Shown here piece after piece: positions 55,901 to 64,000 of a DNA stretch of 64,000 bases (its first letter is position 1; each line of letters begins with the position of its first letter). This DNA comes from Macrostomum lignano (lineage: Eukaryota). The notes under the pieces are model-generated. The model was given only the letters and a program-made list of their open reading frames with translations. It was not told the DNA's origin and searched no databases. The translations under genes and the position numbers were made by a program. The DNA is taken from positions 1 to 64,000 of the forward strand of contig NIVC01003397.1 of the NCBI GenBank assembly GCA_002269645.1, given 5' to 3'.

Positions 55901-58900
55901 TTCGATTTACGAAGATCTTTGTGTTAATAGATTTGAATTTTGAATTTAACTTGAATTATTTCTGCCTTTTTTCAGGTAGTTATAAAGCCTACCTGCACAA
56001 AAGCAAATGGTTGCGAATGGTACAAAATGATAAGCAAAGACTGTTCGGACGATTTGAGCATAAAAATTATAGTGCACATGGAGAAGCCCTCGAATTTAAA
56101 ACACTGTGGCTGGTTATGGGTTGCTGGCAGACATCTGTTTAAAAACTGGAAAAAGCGCTACATCTGCCTTATTCAGGTTTTCATTTCTTATTCTTTGTTT
56201 TCATTTTTTACGTCGAAAAGACGCTGGTTGCTAATGAGCTTTACTATCTTAATCTGCCTTCCTCAGGTTAGCCAGTACAACTTTGTTATGGCCTCATTTC
56301 ACGAACGAAAGTCCGAGCCACAAGAGGTCATGTCTCTGAATGATTGCACCGTCGACTATCTTTTCGAGACACCGCCTGAGCTGCTGTCTTCCACATCGAC
56401 CGCTGTTCACTACTTCTTTAGCACCGTCCGCGAGGGCGATTCCGTGACGTACGCAGCGGAAGACGAGACCAGCCGTCAGCTGTGGGTTCAGGCCATCTAC
56501 CGGGCTACTGGCCAGGCCCACAAGCCTCAGCCGCCTCAGGCTGCTGTTCAAACGGTCAATGTGACCACCGCTGCCGCTTCTGTTGTCCAGGCTCCGTCCT
56601 CATCCTCGCTGACCTCGGCAGTGTCAGCCACTCGACGAACTGTGTTGGACGAGCTTGTTTATGCAGATCTACGCCGGCTCGACCACGCTGCCCTTTTTCG
56701 CAGGCTTCAGTGCCTCACGTTGGAACATCGGCTGTCAGATCCTTACTGCAGCCTGGGTTGGCTCAGTCCTGGCCAGCTCTTTGTGCTGGATGAGTACTGC
56801 GCCAGATACGGCGTGCGCGGCTGCCTCAGACACATTTACTATCTAGAAAACTTACTCGATGCACAAGAAGCTCGCAACTTGACCATAGACCCGACTCTTA
56901 TGCACTACAGCTTTGCCTTCTGTGCTTCCCACGTACATGGAAACAGGCAAGTTCACATCTTTATCGTGACGTAGATTCTTGGAACGCTTCTCTATCTATG
57001 CTTACATTTATTTATGTACTTTTTAATCTGCTACCCTCTGATATTTGGATACGTTCACATCTCAGTTTGCATCAATAGAACCTAAAGACACTTGACTACC
57101 TGCAGACCAGATGGCATTGGTACGGTGCTGCAAGAGGAGCGTGCTCTCTTTGATAGAGTGAAATTGCGGCTGAGGCAGCTGCTAATGCAACAACTCACTG
57201 AGTTCCGTTTCTACTTTCCTTTCGGCCGTCCTGAGGGCGCACTGAAGGGCACCCTTTCCCTACTGGAGCGGGTAAGGTCTCATTTCAAAAAAGCTGTGTC
57301 AGCTGTATTTTTACTTTAGTTTTTGTGCTCAACCATTAGTGCTCATTCATTAGTTAGATTGAATGGGTCTTTGCTTTAGCAGCAAAGCTCATAAATCGTT
57401 TAAAGCTCATAAATCTGAGCTGCACCTCCCTTGCATGCCATGTACATGTAGCCTGAATTTTAGGTACTAATTTGAAATACTCTTATACCTCAATGCAAGA
57501 GTTTTTCAACAGTCTCAAATAGCAGCGCGTTGTTATTAATAACTAGATTTTGCTTGAATATCTTTATAGGCTTATAGGCATACTTATCTAGTTTTTCAAC
57601 CTACTGTTTGTAGTGTCTGTCTATCGATTAGCTCGTACTCGCACTCCTCAGTCCCACCAGGCACCGGTCTTTGTCTAGCCGTACAGTCATCACTGTACGA
57701 CCAATGCACGCACAAGTCCTATGCACAAGTCTGTCTGTCTGCACCCCGCACCCCCCACCAGCACAGGCCTGCCGGTTGTATTCCCCCAAGCGGGGAAGCA
57801 CAGAGAAATAAATAAGGAACCCCGAGGCCTGGCGCCTCTGCAAGAATTAAGCTACGAAGCCAGATCGAGCTAGCCTGCGAGGCTCACACACACACACGCA
57901 AATAATCGAATTCTTATTCATTTGGAGTTAGACTCCACAGACTCCACTCCACAGAGGCGCCAGGCCTCGGGGTTCCTTATTTATTTCTCTGTGCTTCCCC
58001 GCTTGGGGGAATACAACCGGCAGGCCTGTGCTGGTGGGGGGTGCGGGTGCAGACAGACAGACTTGTGCATAGGACTTGTGCGTGCATTGGTCGTACAGTG
58101 ATGACTGTACGGCTAGACAAAGACCGGTGCCTGGTGGGACTGAGGAGTGCGAGTACGAGCTAATCGATAGACAGACACTACACTGTTGTCCGAAATTATT
58201 GTACTGCTGAGCTGCACTGACTCGACAAACGTACGAGCTACGGCCGGCCAAGCTTACATTCACTATGCAACCTATCTTTGTAATTGATTGTATGTGGTGC
58301 CGGAGTGCTGAGCTCAAGGCACTGCACTGACGAACTATGTAACCGATATTACGTGCACCAGCAACATGCACACTATCCTCTTCCGAAGTCTGCCCTGTCT
58401 GGAGGAAGTATCATAAAATAGGCTGTTTGCTAAGTGAAATAGATCTAAGAATTTCGTCAAACCCACGGCACGACAATATTATTAGTCTTTTTGTCACAAA
58501 CGCCAAGCGTCAGCCTTACAATCAACTTGGTGCAGCAATAGAACAAAAAAGCAGTCTCGGTATAGTAGGACCAGTAGCGTAGCTGGGGGGGGATATGGGA
58601 TATATCATCTCGATATGGGATATATCCACCAATTTTGATGATTTATAGTAAACGAAAATGAGGTTTTTTGAAAAAAAATGCAAAATAAAGCGGCTTAGAC
58701 TTAGAAAAATTGCCATAAATTGGCTATTTCACTCGTAAATTACTAATAAAATGTTTTAAAAAATATTTCGGCGAAGCCTAGTTCCTAAAATGCCCTAGTT
58801 AGGACGTCTGCCGGCTTTATTCTGATTTTTAAAAAGTAAGTTTTTTCGCCTTAAAAACACGATTTTGATACTTTTTAATGCATATTTTAAGCAAAAATAA

Positions 58901-59944
58901 AAAAACTACTTTATTAGTCCATAATTTTGTTCCTAAAAGTTATCCCCCCTTTTCAAAATCCTAGCTACGCCACTGAGTAGGACGCCATATAGACAGGAAG
59001 ATTTTAAAGTAGCTAAAAATGCTCGTGAATCAAGCGGCACGAGTTCTTGCTGAATCCACTCATCACTGATTTTGTCCATGTTCTTTGTTTGCGGTCACCC
59101 TGCTCGTCTGGAGCCGTTTCATAGCTAGTGTCGCTAGCTTCAGCTTTCCAGTTCATATTGTTGCTGATTTGTAGGCTAGCGATGGTGATCTTTATTAGAC
59201 ATGAGAGTATTAATTTGAATCCTCCAAAGAGTCTTTGCTCACCAGTCACACTGGACAGCAGTTGTCTTAAGTGTAGCGCTCAGCCACTCTCAATTAAGTC
59301 AATTGCTCCTAAGCTCAAACTTTCTGCAAAAGCTAAAATATCATTGATGAAAACCGTAGATCTTCTTACAGCAGTTTTGACTTCAGTATGTACTCGTAAT
59401 TACTGGACTGACCAGAAAAGGAACAAAATACAGAACAGACGGAACGAAATCAAACTACTCTTCCTGCCGGACAATTTTTTCACTTTTGTAACTGAATTAT
59501 TTCGCTAAAAGTACGTGAGAATTAAATCAAAAAATAGGCGAGCTAGAGACCGAGAGGACAAGCCGTGAAGCAAGAAACACACATATTAGAGCGCTATCTA
59601 AAGCGCACTAACCACCCACCCCACTGCCAACCCCTGGCCGCACCCATTAGCAAAACAGAGGCAGGCCATGGCAAGCAATCCCTGCCGCCACTAACAACGA
59701 TTGACTGACAAATCTGACTGTCATTGACTGACAACTACAATAAAAATAGACAAAATAGTGCTTACGAGTGTGTACTCAAAGAAATCCAATAAATCTTATC
59801 CCCTTCTGCTCTTCTCTCAGGTGCTAATGAAAGACATCGTGACTCCAGTGGACGCAGCTGAAGTCCGCAAGGCGGTACAAAGCTGCCTTGAGGAGGCAGC
59901 CTACGTAAACTACTGCAGAATTGCAGATTTGGCGAATATCGAAG
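43529..59944 (+). CDS. CADPS: Calcium-dependent secretion activator (CAPS/unc-31), 5' nine exons; gene continues beyond
   Basis: [61 protein letters not shown]2 NRIVYCTME...[17 protein letters not shown]...[39 protein letters not shown]. Exon phases are consistent. Confidence 0.95.
45512..45927 (+). CDS. CADPS: CAPS exon 2 (1-nt deletion in T-run 45675-45678)
   Basis: IRDRFQ...DEAF; adding one T gives [19 protein letters not shown]. Confidence 0.9.
46321..46401 (+). CDS. CADPS: CAPS exon 3 (GC donor)
   Basis: [27 protein letters not shown]|GCAAGT. Confidence 0.85.
46516..46797 (+). CDS. CADPS: CAPS exon 4
   Basis: NRKYPRF...[11 protein letters not shown]...FCIE|GTAAGC. Confidence 0.88.
48483..48716 (+). 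CDS. CADPS: CAPS exon 5 (C2 domain)
   Basis: [10 protein letters not shown]...LEDKELGK|GTTAGA. Confidence 0.9.
53495..55153 (-). mobile_element. IS630-Tc1-mariner DNA transposon inserted in the 5' LTR
   Basis: ~76-bp TIRs CAGTGTTGTTGGGCATAAG (4 mismatches), TA/TTAA target. Confidence 0.92.
53835..54902 (-). CDS. Intact Tc1-like transposase (HTH + DD30E)
   Basis: [27 protein letters not shown]; 355 aa from ATG 54902. Confidence 0.92.
   Translation of the reverse strand: MEAPAAQRRVAVSQQDRRRLVNAFVLNEDWLNLAEQLNIPRQSARNVIVKFERTGRVEAEKRGGNKPKALSDEMIEALVGFVADTPAATLQDMRRHLMQAFPDWQACTIQTISRALDGQLITVKLLRTIPNAWNADRIKHERREFAKWLMTEGMGKLLVFCDEMGCNVWTARTQGRAAEGVRAVRIVANQRGRNVTMCLAVSPMRGLVYWKIVRGGMTRELFAEFFAELAALVDEPFCLLHDNARAHWDPPAMGEEQEYRPLPPYSPFLNMTERAIAAVKASLKRSLSRVELQRQIGDRNAAAALGITLQEHRARILERELEDCMSAVTQLHCEAWHRESLRYVPRCIAMEDIVA
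55976..56176 (+). CDS. CADPS: CAPS exon 6 (PH domain start)
   Basis: VVIKPT...[10 protein letters not shown]|GTTTTC. Confidence 0.88.
56267..56946 (+). CDS. CADPS: CAPS exon 7 (GC donor)
   Basis: [11 protein letters not shown]...[10 protein letters not shown]|GCAAGT. Confidence 0.88.
57106..57271 (+). CDS. CADPS: CAPS exon 8
   Basis: RPDGIGTV...LSLLER|GTAAGG. Confidence 0.9.
57609..58182. mobile_element. Foldback element with ~231-bp inverted arms, TG...CA ends
   Basis: Arms 57609-57840 and 57952-58182 nearly perfectly complementary; 5-bp TSD CTGTT. Confidence 0.85.
58572..58975. mobile_element. hAT-type MITE
   Basis: CAGTAGCGTAGC...GCTACGCCACTG, 8-bp TSD AGTAGGAC. Confidence 0.85.
59821..59944 (+). 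CDS. CADPS: CAPS exon 9
   Basis: [10 protein letters not shown]...[14 protein letters not shown]|GTGCTG. Confidence 0.88.
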
Positions 59945-60508
59945 GTGCTGAGAATTTATACAATTGATCCTACTTAAAAAAACTCTGATAATAGTAATAT
60001 TGGCGTATCATGCATTTCTTGAATTAATGCCATCTGATTTGCGTCGTCTGAGTTCATGTTAGCGGCAATTGCAGTTTGAGATAGGGTTTTAAGCCACGGG
60101 AATGATATTTAATTTACTGAACTTATTGATCACTAACATTGTTCAATTCATTCCTGGTTTGTTTATTTTACTGAAAACATAGCTGCAGTTTTGTAACTAG
60201 GGTTTGAATTTTTGTTGCAAAATAAGACGAGATTGAAAATTGAGTATGCCTAAATTGCTTATGCATATGTTCCTGTCTTCGAGCGTAAGCCTAAATACGA
60301 AAGTCTAATACAAAAGTAAGGTAGGACTAAACAAGTACAATCGCAACGTGTAATATTAAAAAACCTAAAGGCTAAGGAAGGCTAAGGAAAATAAACAAAT
60401 GATAATTTACTAACTCAAAAAGAACCTGGTAGAGTAGCTCGCTTAATAAATAGGAATATAATGAGAGAACAAACATTAACTTGTTACTTGATTTTATTTT
60501 ATTTTACG

Positions 60509-60546
60509 GCCAATGCATTTTTACCCTTATAGGTCATCGTCAGGGC
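60509..60546 (-). ncRNA. Degenerate hammerhead ribozyme in the Penelope pLTR
   Basis: GCC-CTGACGA-TGACC-TATAAG-GGT-(AA)AAA-TGCA-TT-GGC; the CG of GGTCGAAA is mutated to AA. Confidence 0.6.
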
Positions 60547-61199
60547 AGCAATGAAAACTGAATAAGCAGTTGAATAAATATATTTAGTTGAATACATTAA
60601 CTTTAATGTACGTAGTTCTCAGTCGAAACAAGTTCAAATAGGGGAGAGAGAGCAAACGGTGCAGTAGCGTACACTCCAAGCTATATAAAACACGCTGAGT
60701 TGGTGGCTTGGCACCCCCATAGCTAGCTGGAAGTTTAGGCTAGGGTTCTGATCTCTGATGTACATAGCCTCTAAGATGCTCAAAGTGTGCTCATGGCGGC
60801 AGGAATCAATAATCTTAAAATAAATCGATAGGTTTGCTGTTCGCATGTGAGAAGGTGCTCATGTACGGCAGATATTTTGGTCCAGTGCTCCTTGACCCTG
60901 GTGTACAAGTGTCGCTTAGTTTTTCCGGTGTACGAAATACGAAATACGAAATACAAAGTACGAAATAAAAAATGGTCGCCAGAACAATAAAACTTATAAA
61001 CGACACTTGCATTGAGAGGTCGAGGCACACAGGACTTCAAGCTGCAGACATACTAGGGGACAACTTCTCCGTGCGAAACATGATCCTAAGCTGAACGTTG
61101 AGGCTTTTTTGAACAGTTTTTGAACTTTTTTTCTTGAACTCAAAAACACAGGCGAAAAAACGGAAACAATCGTTGGGCTGTTAGTTCCTTTAGCTTCAT

Positions 61200-63084
61200 C
61201 ATAGAATTCTAGATAATATGGAAGTGAAGGCTTTTAAAAAGAGTTTGAAAATTTTACATAACCGGGCCGACTGTTTTTTCTTATTCCGTCTGACAAAACT
61301 GGGCCGTTGCTTCCCATTGCTTTCCATAAAAGGGGTATTGAGTGAGGGCCAATGAAATGTGGATGCTTGAATAGGAGCACTGAGCCGTTGTACATGGGCC
61401 CGAAACAATTTTTAGGGTTTGGGAATGCTCTTTGTAGAGATAACTGCCATCTGAGTGCACGGGTCAGGGCTGTACAAATGTGCTTAAGGAAGAGGATTCG
61501 AAAAGGAACCTTTCTATAAATAGTTGACTGTACTCGCTACCCTCTGCTAAAGGAGCGCGGGACCATGGCGGGACACGATGGGATGTGGGTAAGAGAAATA
61601 AACTGTACGAGTCTATGCGCAAGTCTTTGTTGTGTTGGTAAGATATAAGAAAACTTACAGAGTTGCCAGAGGAAAAAGAGCAGCTCTGCTTTTATCACAG
61701 CAGGTTTCAGTCACACCAAGAGCTTCAAAATCTGCCAGGCTTCCTTACAGATTGCAAACGCTGGTTCAGACGGTACCGTGGCGTTAAGCCTCCTCAGTAA
61801 ATCTTTCACAGGAACGTAGAAGGGACTTCGTTCGCGCATCGTTCATCGTCAACAGCAACCAGCAGTTCGTCACAGGCTCGACAGTTTTTTGCACTGAAAT
61901 CGACTTGGCGAACTTGCCTGCGACGTAGAAAGTGACGACGATGTCATCAGCATCGCTTATTTCTCCCACTGCCTCCAGTTCGAGCTCAGTTTCATTGACT
62001 TCTTCATCTAGGTTTCAGGTGCTGCTTGATGATTCCGCCGCAAGGTACTGAATCACCTGAGGCGCAACTGACTGAACTTCAGAAGCGACACTGAGCAGAT
62101 GGCTTTCTCACTTAGACCCTTTCTTTTACAGATTTTCCAGTCGCGCACGTAGTTTTCTACACCAGTAAGATAGTAGAGCTGTCAGTCCGTATCCGATCTG
62201 ACTTGATCTCGGCTGCAATATCTCTTGTGCCTACCGATTGTGCTCGACTGCTCGCCCTCACGCTATGAATATGCCAGAGCGGAACAATAGATCGAACAAA
62301 ATTTCTGTCTCATTCCACTGCTTGTCCTGATTTTCAGAATTATATTCAAGCGCGCTGGCGGTGGATTCTGAGAACACAGAAAGCGTGCAAGTTTCGGTGA
62401 AACTTTTTGAATGCTCTTTGGATCAATTATGCTGAAAGGCAACTTTAATGCCAGCTTCAAAGGCTTTTGCTTTTCAATGTTCACAGATTAACCGAGAAGG
62501 CTAAAAGTACGACGTACAGTCAGAACCAGCGTTTGCTATCTGTAAGAAAGCCAGGCAGATTTTGAAGCTCCAGAGCAGTAACAGGCTTTTAAAATCACAG
62601 CACAGGCACCCCATCCTGTTTGAGTCAGCATGCTCACTACTCAGCTATAGCCTATATTCGAAAATCTATGGAACTTGCAATTCCAAACGCATTGTTAAAG
62701 ATCAGCAAAAGTCAGCATCTTATTTTGCAACTGCTCTGCCGCAAAATGTTTACGCAGCTGCTAAAGCTAGACTCGGCGACTATTGAGCCAACCAGCTAGC
62801 TCTACCAGGAAATTATTGCGAAGTGAATTTATTGCTACTTTTTCTATCGGACTCGATCATCAAGCAAGAAATTGTAACTATATTAACAAAGTAAAATAAT
62901 TGTAATGATGATTGAATGAAATGAATTTCTTAATTTGAACTCAAAATTATTTGTTGCTCAGAAACAGAAAAATAATTGTTGGAATGAGATTCAATGGGAA
63001 TCCTACACTCACGTATTTTCAAGTCGGCCCGGTTATGTAAAGGTCCAAAAAAGCCTTCACTTCCATATTATCTAGAATTCTATG
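61200..63084 (-). mobile_element. P-superfamily (P/Galileo/THAP9-like) DNA transposon remnant
   Basis: ~70-bp TIRs CATAGAATTCTAGATAATATGG, 7-bp TSD GCTTCAT/GCTTTAT, remnants KLALKL...PKSIQKVSPKLA and FYVAGKFAKS. Confidence 0.75.
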
Positions 63085-64000
63085 GCTTTATCCTCCTGAG
63101 TGCTCTGTTGATTAGTCAGCTTGTTATTTAAAAACTGGTTCACAATGCGAGACACGTAGTTCCTGGGGTAAACAATTCCCAATGAGATGGCCAGTAAGCT
63201 GTTCCACCTCATCATGAAAAGGTTTCCTGGAGCGACAGATCAAGAAAGCTCTATGCAGAAAGCAGCGAATCAAGCCATTCGTCCATTGCTACGGGCAAAG
63301 GGCATCGAATCTCACATAAGACCGGTGAAGCTGGGCTTCCTAAAGACTTTAGTTTCGATCAGTTAGTTTATTGCTGACACCAATCTCCATGTCAAGAAAT
63401 GGGAGTCTAGTTCCTCCACCTTCGGTCGTGAATTTAATTTAAGTTAGGATGAGTATGATTGATAGCATGGAAGAATTCTTCCTTTTTCTTATCATCCTCG
63501 AAAATGACGAAAGTGCCATCCACGTAGCGTCTGTAAAACCGAGGCGCACACAGGAGGGCCATCCAGTCTTTTTCCCAATGGGCCATGCAAAGGTTAGCCA
63601 GGGTGGGGGCAAGAGGGCTGCCCATGGCACGACCATCAATTTGCTTGTAAGTACCTATCCCCGAACAGAAAGATACCATTTGCCACTTTACAGTTTGCAG
63701 GTGGCAAACCCGAGCATTTTTTTAGGATGGTCTTTGAAAAAGGCGGGATGATCAGGGCGCTCGTAAGTAGCCAAATAAATCGCAAACTTCAACGGGATAT
63801 TGATGAACAGAGACACGACATCAAAACTGAAAAGTCTGTCAGCAGAACCACTTCTAAACTGCTAAGGGTCGAAATGCATTGGCCATAAAGTGGGATGAAA
63901 TCAAGTAACAAGTTAATGTTTGTTTTCTCATTCAGAAAGAACCAGTTGCAGAATTTGCACATGGTTTGAAATTCTTTAATTTTTTGTTGAAATTACAACG

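Larger units (their letters stand above)
60470..63935 (-). mobile_element. Penelope-like retroelement (RT + GIY-YIG), degenerate, with inverted pLTR, interrupted by a P-type element
   Basis: FSFDVVSLF, GRAMGSPLAPTLANL, YRRYVD, RKPSFTGL, VVYKFYC...YTGKTKRHLYTRVKEH, ILEAMYI...PSLN. pLTR sequence at ~60470-60546 is repeated inverted at 63864-63932. Confidence 0.88.

Overview
Eukaryotic (most likely invertebrate animal) genomic DNA dominated by nested mobile elements. 618-32049 holds a decayed Polinton/Maverick (adintovirus-like) endogenous virus. It carries AGTAGA-ended inverted termini, PLA2, integrase, a pX-like ORF, protein-primed PolB, packaging ATPase, and major and minor capsid genes. Inserted into it are a tRNA-SINE, a solo LTR, a hammerhead-ribozyme cassette between inward-facing TTAGGG arrays, and a young 8.96-kb Gypsy element. 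That Gypsy element has an unusual single-frame Gag-Env(gB-like)-RT-RH-IN layout plus a myristoylated RING accessory ORF. Next come a satellite array split by a near-intact RTE LINE with an HDV-like ribozyme, then MITEs and a second solo LTR. The 5' part (9 exons) of a host CAPS/CADPS/unc-31 gene starts at 43529 and has two GC-AG introns. Its introns contain a Mag-type Gypsy (itself interrupted by an intact Tc1-like DD30E transposon), a TG..CA foldback element, hAT MITEs, and a Penelope element interrupted by a P-type transposon. All family calls come from motifs recognised by eye; no database searches were run.
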